Of a DNA stretch of 62,873 nucleotides, positions 51,709-61,476 are shown piece after piece. The position numbers were made by a program, and so were the translations under genes. Position 1 is the first letter of the stretch. The number at the start of each line of letters is the position of its first letter. The notes under the pieces are model-generated. The model had not been told where the DNA came from, searched no databases, and saw nothing but the letters and a program-made list of their open reading frames with translations. This stretch comes from a virus. The stretch is taken from positions 1-62,873 of the IMG/VR virus record IMGVR_UViG_3300008886_000002, one strand, 5' to 3'.

Positions 51709-52407
51709 ATGGCTCAGCGTACAGTCATTTGCGAATGGTGTGGACGTGAGTTCACCGCAGTCAGAGCGCGATTCTGCTCCCGCAACTGCCACAACCACCA
51801 CCAGCGCGGCCCCATACCAGAGCGCTCATGCCTCTGGTGCAACGGGCCCATGGATGGCAAGCGGCGCGGCGCGCTGTACTGCACACAGCAACACAAAAAG
51901 AACGCATCTGGGGCAAGGTTCCGCGACCGGAACCCCGGCTACTACAAGCCCTACGGTCAAAGTGAGCGCATGCGCAAATTGCTTGACGCCAACCGCGAAA
52001 ACCGCCGCGCATACGCCAGGCAATACCGTCTCGATCACCTTGAACAGACAACAGCCCGATCAAAGCAATGGCGCGAGGCGAACCGCACGTACTTCCAAGT
52101 ACACCAGAGAAACCGAGTGGCATGGAAACACAACAACCCCGGCAGTGTCGGCGTCAGCGAGCGGGACTGGACGCGACTGTGCCGGCGCTACGACCACCGA
52201 TGCGCTTACTGCGGACAGAAACCTGAAGCTGTCTTGCAGATGGACCACGTGGTTCCCTTGAGCAAGGGCGGACGGCATGCCATCGGCAACGTCCTTCCCG
52301 CATGCAGGGCATGCAACCTAACTAAGAATGCAGCTCTCCTCATCCGCTGGAAGTACCGCAAGATGTGCGGCCTGTACGACGACATGCCCGGAGGTATCAG
52401 TGCCTGA
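51709..52407 (+). CDS. HNH endonuclease (paralogue of 59005..59625)
   Basis: CAYCGQKPEAVLQMDHVVPLSKGGRHAIGNVLPACRACNLTKN. The basic Arg-rich N-terminal half resembles 59005. Confidence 0.85.
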   Translation: MAQRTVICEWCGREFTAVRARFCSRNCHNHHQRGPIPERSCLWCNGPMDGKRRGALYCTQQHKKNASGARFRDRNPGYYKPYGQSERMRKLLDANRENRRAYARQYRLDHLEQTTARSKQWREANRTYFQVHQRNRVAWKHNNPGSVGVSERDWTRLCRRYDHRCAYCGQKPEAVLQMDHVVPLSKGGRHAIGNVLPACRACNLTKNAALLIRWKYRKMCGLYDDMPGGISA

Positions 52408-52423
52408 CACTCACCCTGGCGGG

Positions 52424-52657
52424 ATGCCAATCCAGTTTAAGAAGTATTGGCTCGAAGGGGCTGGGGCTCAAGCTATTCGCTGGTCAACCCCAGGTGACTT
52501 TGCCAGATGCTGCACTGCGATCAACGCCAAGATCGAAGAGCATGGCGGCAAGCCGCTACCGGATCGCGAGATACGTGGTTTGTGCGCAACACTTCACAAG
52601 GAAGCCACCGGCGCCACACCCGGTCACGCACCAGGCGAACAAGCAGCCAAGCACTGA
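52424..52657 (+). CDS. Hypothetical protein (77 aa; alternative GTG start at 52400)
   Basis: In-frame part of track ORF 52328. Lies between two HNH genes. Confidence 0.55.
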   Translation: MPIQFKKYWLEGAGAQAIRWSTPGDFARCCTAINAKIEEHGGKPLPDREIRGLCATLHKEATGATPGHAPGEQAAKH

Positions 52658-52660
52658 CCT

Positions 52661-52945
52661 GTGAACAACGCCGGTCGCAACACCACCCTACGAAACCGCT
52701 ACCGCCGCACCATCGCCAAAGACAAACCCGAATGCCACATCTGCAAAGGCGAACGCGGCCCCATCGACTACACCGCCGGCCACCTACACCCACTCTCCTT
52801 CACCATCGACCACATCCAACCCCTCAACAAAGGTGGGCAGGACGTGCTCGACAACCTTGCTGCAGCGCATCGCATGTGCAACCGTGACAAGTCCGACCAG
52901 TTCGACACCGGCGGACCGCTGTACGTCACCACCCGGGTCTGGTAG
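52661..52945 (+). CDS. HNH endonuclease (terminase-associated type)
   Basis: CHICKGERGPID...TIDHIQPLNKGGQDVLDNLAAAHRMCNRDK, just upstream of the terminase genes. Confidence 0.85.
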   Translation: MNNAGRNTTLRNRYRRTIAKDKPECHICKGERGPIDYTAGHLHPLSFTIDHIQPLNKGGQDVLDNLAAAHRMCNRDKSDQFDTGGPLYVTTRVW

Positions 52946-53099
52946 CCGCGCCCATTACGCCACTGAACTGCGCTAATGGTGACGGAAGCGCGGGCGGGTG
53001 GGGGACTCCCCCTTTGATCTTGATCCGGCGCACCTCGTCGGCATAGGCAGTGCGCGCGTTCCCGTTTTTTCCGTTTCTACCAGCCGGAGGTGACATCCG

Positions 53100-53393
53100 A
53101 TGAGTTCACGATCCCACGTGCGGGTGGTGGCCCCCGATGAGGTTGCGGCGCCGAAGAAGGTGCTCACGCTCGGTGAGGCCATCGCTGGTGGGGACTATCT
53201 GCAGATTTTGCTGGCGCAGCGGCGTGACATCGCTGATGCGTTGCCGGATGAGAAGGGGCCCGCCAAGGCGGCGTTGCATCGGCAGTTGTCGTTGATCTCG
53301 AAGGAGATCGAGACGCTGGAGATGGCTGGCCTGGGTGAGGGCTCGGTGGTGGCGAATACGGATGACGACGGCTGGGACCAGTCGGCTATCTGA
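53100..53393 (+). CDS. Terminase small subunit (putative)
   Basis: ggagg SD. 97 aa, overlapping the terL start. Position after the HNH gene. Confidence 0.6.
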   Translation: MSSRSHVRVVAPDEVAAPKKVLTLGEAIAGGDYLQILLAQRRDIADALPDEKGPAKAALHRQLSLISKEIETLEMAGLGEGSVVANTDDDGWDQSAI

Positions 53394-54789
53394 CGTTGCG
53401 CGGCATGTAGTTCAGCCCAGCGGGATTGTCGGCACGGGGTGGCCGGCGGTGCGGGATACGTGTGCTCGGCTTGGATGGCATTTCGATCCGTGGCAGGACG
53501 GCGCTGGAAGACTCATCCTTGCCAAACGCGCTGACGGCTTGTATGCGGCGGATCAGATTTTGATGTCGATCAGCCGGCAGGTCGGTAAGACGTACTTGTT
53601 CGGTGCCATTGCCTTCGCGCTGTGTCTGTTGAACCCGAACACGACGGTGATTTGGACGGCGCACCGCGGTAAGACGGCGTCGGAGACGTTCAACTCCATG
53701 AACGGCTTGGCTTCTCAAGCAAAAGTCGCTGCGCACATCCGGCAAGTGCTGCGTGGGCAGCGGGACCAAGAAATCAACTTCAACAACGGGTCTCGCATCT
53801 TGTTTGGGGCTCGAGAGCACGGGTTTGGTCGTGGTTTCGCCGGTGTGGACGTGTTGATGTTCGACGAGGCGCAGATCCTCGGCGAGGCGGCGATGGAAGA
53901 CATGGTCGCCTCTCAGAACGTGGCTCCGAATCCGTTGACGATTCTCACCGGAACCCCACCGCGGCCCAAGGATGACGGTGAAGTGTTCACGCTTGCTCGT
54001 CAGGAAGCGTTGGACGGGGAAACCGAAGGCACGCTGTACATCGAGCTGTCGGCGGATCGGGATTGCGACCCGATGGACCGCTATCAGTGGCGGAAGGCCA
54101 ACCCGAGTTTCCCGAACCGCACACCGGAACGGGCGATGCTCCGCATGAAGAAGAACCTTTCTGAGGACTCGTTCCTGCGAGAAGCATTGGGCGTTTGGGA
54201 TGAAGCTTCCCGACACCAACCGGTGATCAAGAAGTCCTTGTGGGATACCTTGGCCGACGTTGGCCCCGCTGATGGTGTGAAACCGAATGCGTTGGGTGTG
54301 GACATGTCCCACGACAGGCTGATTTCGGTGGGCGCCTGTTGGGTTGAAGGAGAGTCGGCGCACCTTGAAGAAGTGTGGTCCGACTCTGACGCCAACACGA
54401 CGCTGAACTGGATCGTGGAACGCACGGGACGTCGGATGCCGGTGTTCATCGACGGGATGGGGCCGGCGTCGTCTCTGATTGCGGATTTGCGTGCTCGAGG
54501 TGTGCGGGTCACGCAAACGACTGCGGGGGATATGTCGAAGGCGTGCGGCATGTTCGAGGACCGCGCCAAAGCGAAAACGCTGACGCACGACGACAACGAA
54601 CGCCTCAACAGCGCCCTTGAAGGGGCGCGGAAGCGTCTGATCCGCGATGCGGGTGGGTGGGGTTGGGATCGCCGTGATCCCACCGCAGCCATTTACCCGC
54701 TGGTCGCAGTGACGTTGGCGCTTCTTGGTGCGGTGTCCAACGGGCCGAAGAGAACCAAGCCGAATGGTCGAGTCGCGACTGTCATGTAG
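53362..54789 (+). CDS. Terminase large subunit
   Basis: Walker A-like SRQVGKTYLFG and Walker B VDVLMFDEAQ. ATG 53362 is the last start before the terS stop. Confidence 0.85.
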   Translation: MTTAGTSRLSDVARHVVQPSGIVGTGWPAVRDTCARLGWHFDPWQDGAGRLILAKRADGLYAADQILMSISRQVGKTYLFGAIAFALCLLNPNTTVIWTAHRGKTASETFNSMNGLASQAKVAAHIRQVLRGQRDQEINFNNGSRILFGAREHGFGRGFAGVDVLMFDEAQILGEAAMEDMVASQNVAPNPLTILTGTPPRPKDDGEVFTLARQEALDGETEGTLYIELSADRDCDPMDRYQWRKANPSFPNRTPERAMLRMKKNLSEDSFLREALGVWDEASRHQPVIKKSLWDTLADVGPADGVKPNALGVDMSHDRLISVGACWVEGESAHLEEVWSDSDANTTLNWIVERTGRRMPVFIDGMGPASSLIADLRARGVRVTQTTAGDMSKACGMFEDRAKAKTLTHDDNERLNSALEGARKRLIRDAGGWGWDRRDPTAAIYPLVAVTLALLGAVSNGPKRTKPNGRVATVM

Positions 54790-54803
54790 CCGGAAGGGGA
54801 ACG

Positions 54804-56246
54804 TTGACAATCCAAGTCACCCTCCCGGAGATCAAGGATGACGAACAGCGCCTACTGAACGGGCTGTTGCAGCAGTTGGAGTTCCGGCAGACGCGCAACC
54901 ATCTGCGGGACTGCTTCTACGACGGACGTCTGGCAGTCAATCAGGTCGGCACGATCATCCCGCCGCAGTACTACCACCTGCCGATCGTGTTGGGGTGGTC
55001 GGCGAAAGCCGTTGATACGTTGGCGAACCGCTGCAATCTGGACAGCTTCACCTGGGCCGACGGAGACCTTTCATCGCTGGGTTTTCATGAGGTGTTCGAC
55101 GACAATTACCTTGACGTGGAGATTGATTCGGCAACGACGCAATCGTTGCTGCATGGGCCGGCGTTCCTGATCAACACCGTTGGGGATACGACGGTGGGTG
55201 AGCCTGCGGGATCGGTTCACGTGAAGTCAGCGACCAACGCCACCGGGACGTGGGATGCGCGCGGGCGGCGCATGTCAAACCTGTTGTCGATCACGGGCCG
55301 CGATCTGTCGGGTTCTGTGTCCAGTCTCGCCTTGTATCTCGATGGTGTGACCATCATTGGGGAGAAGGACTCCAGCGGCTGGTCTACGGAACGTACGGAG
55401 CATCCGTGGGGTGTTCCGGTGGAACCGATGGTGTACCGGTACCGCACGGATCGGCCGTTCGGTCAGTCTCGGATTTCACGGGCGGTGATGTCTGCGCATG
55501 AGGCCGCTTTGCGGACGGTGATCCGTATGGAAGGCCACGCGGACACGTATTCCTTCCCTGAGATGTGGATGCTCGGCGCGGACGAGTCGATCTTCAAGAA
55601 TCCTGACGGGACGCAGAAGGCTTCGTGGCAGGTGATGTTGGGCCGCGTCAAGGGCATCCCCGACGACGAGGAAGCCACCAACCCGAGGGTTGACGTGAAG
55701 CAGTTCCAAGCGTCGTCGCCGCAACCGCACATCGACATGTTGAAGCAGCAAGCTCAACTCTTCGCTGGGGTTACGGACATTCCCATTTCCGACCTTGGTG
55801 TGTCAGACATGTCCAATCCAACGTCGTCGGATTCGTACATCGCTTCGCGAGAAAACATCATCGCCGAAGCCGAAAACACCATCAAGGGCTACAAGCGGGC
55901 GTTGAAGCGTTCGATGACTCGGGCGTTGGCGATGCAAAACAACATCAAAGACATTCCTGCGGAGTGGTCGACGATTTCGCCGAAGTGGCGCCCCCCGATC
56001 TACTTGTCGCAGGCACAGCAGGCCGATGCGGGTTTGAAGATGTTGACGGCGTGCCCGTGGCTGGCGGAAACCGATGTGGGCCTTGAAATCTTGGGTTTGG
56101 ATGAGCAGCAGATTGCTCGAGCTTTGTCTCAGAAGGTGAAGGCGCAGGGCCAGTTGACGTTGCAGGCGTTGGCGCAGCAGGGCCAGAACCTCCAGGCAAC
56201 GCAACGGGTTGAGCAGGCCACCAGTGACAGCACCAGCACCAACTGA
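54804..56246 (+). CDS. Portal protein
   Basis: 480-aa ORF after terL, with ggaagggga SD plus TTG start. Confidence 0.8.
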   Translation: MTIQVTLPEIKDDEQRLLNGLLQQLEFRQTRNHLRDCFYDGRLAVNQVGTIIPPQYYHLPIVLGWSAKAVDTLANRCNLDSFTWADGDLSSLGFHEVFDDNYLDVEIDSATTQSLLHGPAFLINTVGDTTVGEPAGSVHVKSATNATGTWDARGRRMSNLLSITGRDLSGSVSSLALYLDGVTIIGEKDSSGWSTERTEHPWGVPVEPMVYRYRTDRPFGQSRISRAVMSAHEAALRTVIRMEGHADTYSFPEMWMLGADESIFKNPDGTQKASWQVMLGRVKGIPDDEEATNPRVDVKQFQASSPQPHIDMLKQQAQLFAGVTDIPISDLGVSDMSNPTSSDSYIASRENIIAEAENTIKGYKRALKRSMTRALAMQNNIKDIPAEWSTISPKWRPPIYLSQAQQADAGLKMLTACPWLAETDVGLEILGLDEQQIARALSQKVKAQGQLTLQALAQQGQNLQATQRVEQATSDSTSTN

Positions 56247-56988
56247 GCCGGCACCACTGCACTCCAGCCTGATGGTGGTGTCGGCGGGTGCGATCGCTGA
56301 ATTGCAACCGGTCTGGACGCTTCCACCCCCAGACCTGATCAACACGCTGTATCAAGTGCTTCCACCGTTGGTGGACAAGTGGACTACAGCGTCATCTTCG
56401 GCTGCGGCGACGTGGTACGACCAACTTCGGGACGCCAACGACGTCAAAGGCAACTTCCAAGCGATCATCAAGCCACTTGTTGATCCGGGTTCGGATGCGT
56501 TGGCCGGCTGGGGATCGCAACCGTTGGCCGAATCAAGGATCCGAGAAGCGCGGGCCGCTGAGACGGATACGCCAGTCAATTTGGACGCACCGCAAGCATT
56601 GGCTGAGCCCAAGGTTCCCACGGAAGCGGATCTCGTGGACACCGCACGCTATCGGGTTGAAGGCGGCTTGCAGAAACGCCTCGTCAACGCCGCCAACCTG
56701 ACTGTCACGGACTCGGCGGATCAAGACCCACAAGCGCGGGGTTGGATGCGCCGTACGCGGCCCAACGCGTGCCGATTCTGTGTGATGGTCGCCTCCAGGG
56801 GTGGCGTCTTCACAAAAGCGACAGCCACTTTCGCTTGCCATGAAAACTGCTATTGCGAGGCAGTTCCGGCCTGGGGCGGTAAAGCACTCCCAGTGGGTCC
56901 GTACAAGCCGTCTGACAAGCCGATGAATGCCCGTGATCGTGCACGTGTGCGGCGATGGATCAAGGACAACCTCACTAACGCGCAGTAG
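56209..56988 (+). CDS. MuF-like minor capsid / head morphogenesis protein
   Basis: Follows the portal gene. C-terminal CRFCVMVASRGGVF...FACHENCYCEAVP. Start uncertain (TTG 56209, GTG 56224 or ATG 56272). Confidence 0.7.
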   Translation: MSRPPVTAPAPTEPAPLHSSLMVVSAGAIAELQPVWTLPPPDLINTLYQVLPPLVDKWTTASSSAAATWYDQLRDANDVKGNFQAIIKPLVDPGSDALAGWGSQPLAESRIREARAAETDTPVNLDAPQALAEPKVPTEADLVDTARYRVEGGLQKRLVNAANLTVTDSADQDPQARGWMRRTRPNACRFCVMVASRGGVFTKATATFACHENCYCEAVPAWGGKALPVGPYKPSDKPMNARDRARVRRWIKDNLTNAQ

Positions 56989-57080
56989 CGCACACATCAG
57001 ATTTTCCCCGCCGAAATGGTCGGGGCATGCCCAAATCATGTTGGGCACCAGCCAAACCGAAACGGGGAGGCTTTTCCGAA

Positions 57081-57632
57081 ATGGAGAAACCAGCAATGTC
57101 AGACGACCTAACAGCTCCAGCGGCTTCCGAACCGGAGGCAGAAGGATCAGCTCCCAAGGCCAACGAAACGAAGGCTGAGGAAACCAAGAAACCAGAAGAG
57201 AAGCGGGACGACAAAGAGTTACCTGCGGACCACCCTCTGGTGAAGGCGTACAACGCTCAGAAAGCAACGCTCAAAGAACTAAAGGTCAAAGCCGATCGCT
57301 TCGATGAGATCGAAGAAGCAGCTAAGACCGAGCTGCAAAGAGCACAGGAACGAGCTGATTCGGCCGAAGGCGCCCTTAGCGCAATCAAAGCCGCGCAAGT
57401 CATTCAAGACATCAAATCTCAAATTTCAAAGCGCTATAAAGACGAAGGGTATGACATACCCGCGTCAGCGTTGCGAGGCTCCGATGAGGAAGAGCTTGAA
57501 GAGCACGCGCTCGAACTGAAGGCATTGCTTCCCCCACCGCCAAAGCCGGGTTCTGTCCCTGCCGAAGGACGGAACGTCACGACCGGGAACGGCGACCCGA
57601 GAACCGTATTCGCCAGGCTCCTACGCGATTGA
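57081..57632 (+). CDS. Scaffolding protein
   Basis: ggggagg SD. Acidic, coiled-coil-like sequence directly upstream of the capsid gene. Confidence 0.7.
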   Translation: MEKPAMSDDLTAPAASEPEAEGSAPKANETKAEETKKPEEKRDDKELPADHPLVKAYNAQKATLKELKVKADRFDEIEEAAKTELQRAQERADSAEGALSAIKAAQVIQDIKSQISKRYKDEGYDIPASALRGSDEEELEEHALELKALLPPPPKPGSVPAEGRNVTTGNGDPRTVFARLLRD

Positions 57633-57686
57633 GCGTCGGGGTTAGAACGAAAACCCTGACCCTCTCTTAGAAAGAAGAACATTGAA

Positions 57687-58916
57687 ATGGCTATCAACCC
57701 AACAGCATTGGCGAACGTTGCGCCTCAGCTTCTTCCGCCCATCATCACCGATCCCATCTTCGCGAAGGCGACTGAAACCTCGGCCGTCATGTCCCTCGCG
57801 CGGCGCGTGCCTTTGGCCGTGAATGCGGTGACCGAAATCCCCGTCCCGATGGACGTCCCCGTCGCGGACTGGGTGTCTGAAGGTGGCATCAAGCCCGCCG
57901 CTCAAGTCGGCGTCGGCGTGAAGACCATGGTGGGCAAGAAGGTCGCTCTGCTCGTTCCTGTGTCGGAGGAAGTTGCAAACACCAACCCGGCAGGCATCTA
58001 CGACCAGCTGGAGCAGGATCTTCCTACCGCACTCGCTCGCGCGTTCGACTACGCCGCGATCACCGGCAAGTCGCTCAAGACCGGCAACGCAGGCCCCTTC
58101 GCCGATTACTTGGCTCTGACGCCTAATTCGGTGGAACTCGGCACCGCAACCCAGAATAACGGTGGGATCTACAGTGACCTCGTCAGCACGATGGGCAAGG
58201 TCGTGGACAACAACTACGACGTGTCAGGCTGGGCGTGTGATCCGCGGCTGAAGGTCGACGCGATGCTGCAGACCGACACTCAGGGCCGTCCACTGCTGGA
58301 CCCGGTCAGCAATACGCTCCTCGGTCAGCCCGCGTACTTCAACAAGGGAATCTCCGGTCGGTACTGGCGCGCGGGTAACTCGGTTCAGACTGTCACGCAG
58401 TCGGGTGGTGCAACCGGTGGCAGCTACGTCCTCCAGTCAGGCGGCAACGTTCTGACTGTCGCCTACAACGCTGCTGCGGCAACGGTGCAGACCGGTATTC
58501 AGGCGTGGGGCGGCATCTACTCCACCGTTACCGTGTCCGGTTCGGCTGGCGGCCCCTACACCATCACGTTCCCGGCCATCACCTCTGGCGTGGGAGCTGA
58601 AGCGGCACCGTTCACCATTCCCGGCACGGCACTGACGGGCGGCACCAATCCGAAGGTTGTCGTTGCTGCTACCGCTCAGGGGGCGGTGGATTCCACCATC
58701 CGCGCGATCGCTGGTGACTGGTCGCAGTGCGCCTACGGCGTGGGCATGGATATCACCTTCAAGCGGTCCAACGAAGCCATGTATTTCGATGGTACGACCT
58801 ATCACTCGGCTTTTCAGGAGAATCTCGTTCTCCTGTTGGTGGAGGCGTACTTCGGTTTTGTGATGGGTTCACCTTTGGCGTTTGCGGTCGCGACGAAGGG
58901 CTCAGCAGCGTTCTAG
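57687..58916 (+). CDS. Major capsid protein (HK97-like) with an extra inserted domain of about 110 aa
   Basis: 409-aa ORF after the scaffold gene. N-terminus MAINPTALANVAPQLLPPIITDPIF and C-terminal block AGDWSQCAYGVGMDITFKRSNEAMYFDG. Confidence 0.85.
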   Translation: MAINPTALANVAPQLLPPIITDPIFAKATETSAVMSLARRVPLAVNAVTEIPVPMDVPVADWVSEGGIKPAAQVGVGVKTMVGKKVALLVPVSEEVANTNPAGIYDQLEQDLPTALARAFDYAAITGKSLKTGNAGPFADYLALTPNSVELGTATQNNGGIYSDLVSTMGKVVDNNYDVSGWACDPRLKVDAMLQTDTQGRPLLDPVSNTLLGQPAYFNKGISGRYWRAGNSVQTVTQSGGATGGSYVLQSGGNVLTVAYNAAAATVQTGIQAWGGIYSTVTVSGSAGGPYTITFPAITSGVGAEAAPFTIPGTALTGGTNPKVVVAATAQGAVDSTIRAIAGDWSQCAYGVGMDITFKRSNEAMYFDGTTYHSAFQENLVLLLVEAYFGFVMGSPLAFAVATKGSAAF

Positions 58917-58936
58917 CAATTGTTTGCTAGAATGGA

Positions 58937-58968
58937 GGATGCGGGCCTGCTCTAACAAGCCCGCATCC
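58937..58968 (+). terminator. Stem-loop after the capsid gene (no T-tract)
   Basis: 10-bp stem ggatgcgggc/gcccgcatcc with a 12-nt loop. A TAGAAT hexamer lies at 58928 just upstream. Confidence 0.5.
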
Positions 58969-59004
58969 CTGCCAGCCCACCTTGTAATCACCAAGGGAGC
59001 CAAC

Positions 59005-59625
59005 ATGTCAGAGCCTAAACCATGTCGCAAGTGCGGAGCAGAACGAAGCTGGTCAGAGACCAGCAAACGTTGGCGCTGTATGGCCTGCAACTATCAGCAC
59101 CAGTTGAAACGCAAAGCGCGGCTGTCGCCCGAAAAGATTGAAGCCGAACGCATTCGCGCTAACGAACTGCGCAATGCGCGGAGGGCGCTCTGGTCTCCGG
59201 AGCAGCGCGGGGCCGCTAATGCGCAGTCTGCGGCGTGGCGTGAGGCCAATCGCGAGCGCCACCGACGGGTCATCCATGAGTGGTATCAGCGGACTGCTGA
59301 TGTCCGTAGGGCCAAGAAGTGCGAAGAGTACCGCGCGAATCCGGAGCGTTGGTATGCGGCGAATCTGTTGCGGAAGGCAAGACTTGCCAACGCGGTCTGT
59401 CAGCATGGACCAAAATGCGTGACGGACGAGTTCTTGGCGGACCTGTATCAGCAGGACTGTTTGTACTGCGGCGCACGGTGCCAGCACGCGGATCACTTCT
59501 ACCCGATCGCTCGCGGCGGCATCCACTGCGTGGAGAACATCGTTCCTGCGTGTCAGCCATGCAACAACAGCAAGTGCGCGCGTGATCCGTATGAGTTTTG
59601 GGCTAGTCGTGAGAGGACGGGGTGA
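59005..59625 (+). CDS. HNH endonuclease (paralogue of 51709..52407)
   Basis: gggag SD plus ATG. Contains CLYCGARCQHADHFYPIARGGIHCVENIVPACQPCNNSK. Confidence 0.85.
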   Translation: MSEPKPCRKCGAERSWSETSKRWRCMACNYQHQLKRKARLSPEKIEAERIRANELRNARRALWSPEQRGAANAQSAAWREANRERHRRVIHEWYQRTADVRRAKKCEEYRANPERWYAANLLRKARLANAVCQHGPKCVTDEFLADLYQQDCLYCGARCQHADHFYPIARGGIHCVENIVPACQPCNNSKCARDPYEFWASRERTG

Positions 59626-60098
59626 TGGATCTGCTTACGGTCGATGACCTGACTCCCTTCGCGACCATCGACGAATCCAAGGCGTCCGCGATGATCGCGG
59701 ATGCTTTGGCGATGGCGGTCATGGCGGCACCGTGTTTGGCAGTGCCGGATGATCTGTCTCCGCAGCAGCGCGCCGCCGCGAAAGCACTCTTGAGGGGTGC
59801 GGTGTTGCGGTGGAACGATGTTGGTTCCGGCGCGGTGACGACGGAGACGGCGGGCCCGTTCGGGCAGTCCGTGGACACTAGGCATCCACGGAGGTCGATG
59901 TTCTGGCCGTCGGAGATCACCGACCTGCAGGACATTTGTAAGGGCATCACGGAGCAGTCGGGGGCGTTCAGTGTGGATACTGCTGCGGTTCCGATGACGG
60001 TGCGGCCCACGTTTGGTGGGTGGCATGGGTATTCGGGTTCGCAGGGTGGTTGGGCGTGGAATGACAACGGCACTTTCATCCCGAACAACTACATGTGA
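59622..60098 (+). CDS. Head-to-tail adaptor (by position)
   Basis: 158-aa ORF with GTGA overlap, between the capsid and tail genes. Confidence 0.6.
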   Translation: MMDLLTVDDLTPFATIDESKASAMIADALAMAVMAAPCLAVPDDLSPQQRAAAKALLRGAVLRWNDVGSGAVTTETAGPFGQSVDTRHPRRSMFWPSEITDLQDICKGITEQSGAFSVDTAAVPMTVRPTFGGWHGYSGSQGGWAWNDNGTFIPNNYM

Positions 60099-60439
60099 TG
60101 CAAGCAAACTTCGTTGTGTCGCATTATCAGTACACGGGATCCACTGATTCTGATGGGTATCCGACTGGGGATGCTTACGGAGACCCGGTGTTGCGGAGAG
60201 TGTTTGGTTGGTATCCGCTGTCGTCGCAGTTGAACATGACCGGCGATTATGACCGTCGGGTGGTGACGTCGAAAGTCGTCATGGTGCCGGATGTTTCACC
60301 GTACTCGCCGCGGGACAAGGTTGTTCTCCCAGACTCTGATACTGAGTATTGGGTGTCGGAGGACGTTCGGGACTACACGACGGGGCCGTTCGGATACAAG
60401 CCCGGTGGTGAAGTGATCCTCGAGGTCGTGACCGGCTGA
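60095..60439 (+). CDS. Head-to-tail connector / head closure protein (by position)
   Basis: 114-aa ORF, coupled. Confidence 0.55.
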   Translation: MMQANFVVSHYQYTGSTDSDGYPTGDAYGDPVLRRVFGWYPLSSQLNMTGDYDRRVVTSKVVMVPDVSPYSPRDKVVLPDSDTEYWVSEDVRDYTTGPFGYKPGGEVILEVVTG

Positions 60440-60969
60440 TGGGTCGCACGCAGATCACGAAGAACATCGCTGTCGACTTCCCGGACGATTCACCGGAGTG
60501 GGAACGGATCCGCAAGTGTGAAGGCATGGTGGCTTTCCTGGAGCGGATCGGCACGGAGACCGTCGAACGGTGCAATGCCGACCTGCACGCGGCGCAGGCG
60601 GCGCGTAAGCAGCCCGTCGCCGATGGGTATGACCACGACATTCACATGGGTGGCTCTCGGGCCAGGTTGACGATCGAGCCCACGACCGCGCGGGGGATCG
60701 CGCATGAGGCTGTGAATCACTCGATTTTGAAGAACCTTCCGATTGGCGAACCGCCTGAAGTTCCTGCGGATCATGAGGTTCCGCGGGAGTTGCAGGCGGG
60801 TGGGGTCAAGGAACTCTTCAAGCAACGAAAAGATGCCGCCCGCGAAAAGGCTACGAAGAAGGAAGCCGCGCTCGAGAGGCGCCGAGAGAAGGCCCGCCGC
60901 CGGGCAGCAGATCGTGCACAAGGCAACGACGCTCAAGGCAACCAGATTCACGACCTGGACACGCCGTGA
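60439..60969 (+). CDS. Head-tail joining protein (by position)
   Basis: 176-aa ORF with TGATG coupling. Basic C-terminal tail. Confidence 0.55.
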   Translation: MGRTQITKNIAVDFPDDSPEWERIRKCEGMVAFLERIGTETVERCNADLHAAQAARKQPVADGYDHDIHMGGSRARLTIEPTTARGIAHEAVNHSILKNLPIGEPPEVPADHEVPRELQAGGVKELFKQRKDAAREKATKKEAALERRREKARRRAADRAQGNDAQGNQIHDLDTP

Positions 60970-61373
60970 CCATTCCGATTCTCGGTACGCCGTCGGCGTA
61001 TCAGTTGACCCGCAACTACCTTCTGGCTCAGTGTCCGGGGCGGGGTTGGCCGACGAACATCACCCAGCAAGTGCCTGACCCGTTGCCTACTGGTAGGCGG
61101 TTCTGGACGTTGGAACTGCTGAACACTGCTGAGCCTTTCCGGTTTACGTCGTCGCAGTTGTTGCAGTTGCGGTACTACGACCCAGATGGGAAGCGCGCTG
61201 AGCGTGTGGCTTTCGATGCGTGGGATCTGTGGGCGGTGATGCCCGTTCAGGGGTTGGTGCAGGACGTGGAGAAGGCCGGCGGGCCGACGCGTCAGAAGGA
61301 CCCTGACTACCCAGATTTGGAGCGGTACGTCATCACCGCCTGGGTTTCGGTGATGAAGACGAACTACACGTAG
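60966..61373 (+). CDS. Tail terminator (by position)
   Basis: 135-aa ORF with GTGA overlap, immediately before the major tail gene. Confidence 0.55.
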   Translation: MTIPILGTPSAYQLTRNYLLAQCPGRGWPTNITQQVPDPLPTGRRFWTLELLNTAEPFRFTSSQLLQLRYYDPDGKRAERVAFDAWDLWAVMPVQGLVQDVEKAGGPTRQKDPDYPDLERYVITAWVSVMKTNYT

Positions 61374-61432
61374 GAAACAAGCGGACAACTGAATAACCCG
61401 GCCTTCCAACAGACGGCCAAACCCCTATAACG

Positions 61433-61458
61433 GGCCTCCACAACGGTGGGGGCCTTTT
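61433..61458 (+). terminator. Stem-loop plus T-tract (copy C of the repeated terminator-SD module)
   Basis: ggcctccac aacg gtgggggcc followed by tttt, then ccattggaaggaaaagtc and ATG 61477. Confidence 0.6.
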
Positions 61459-61476
61459 CCATTGGAAGGAAAAGTC

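Noticed and set aside
53386-54810. 474-aa minus-strand ORF opposite the terminase large subunit, with similar cases at 579..1202, 5011..5937, 5974..6987, 16519..17286, 17061..18116, 19487..20425, 35412..36491 and 49256..50266
   Set aside because: These are shadow ORFs. The opposite strand carries recognisable motifs (Walker A/B, S53, DDE and others). The antisense translations are Arg/Pro/His-rich.
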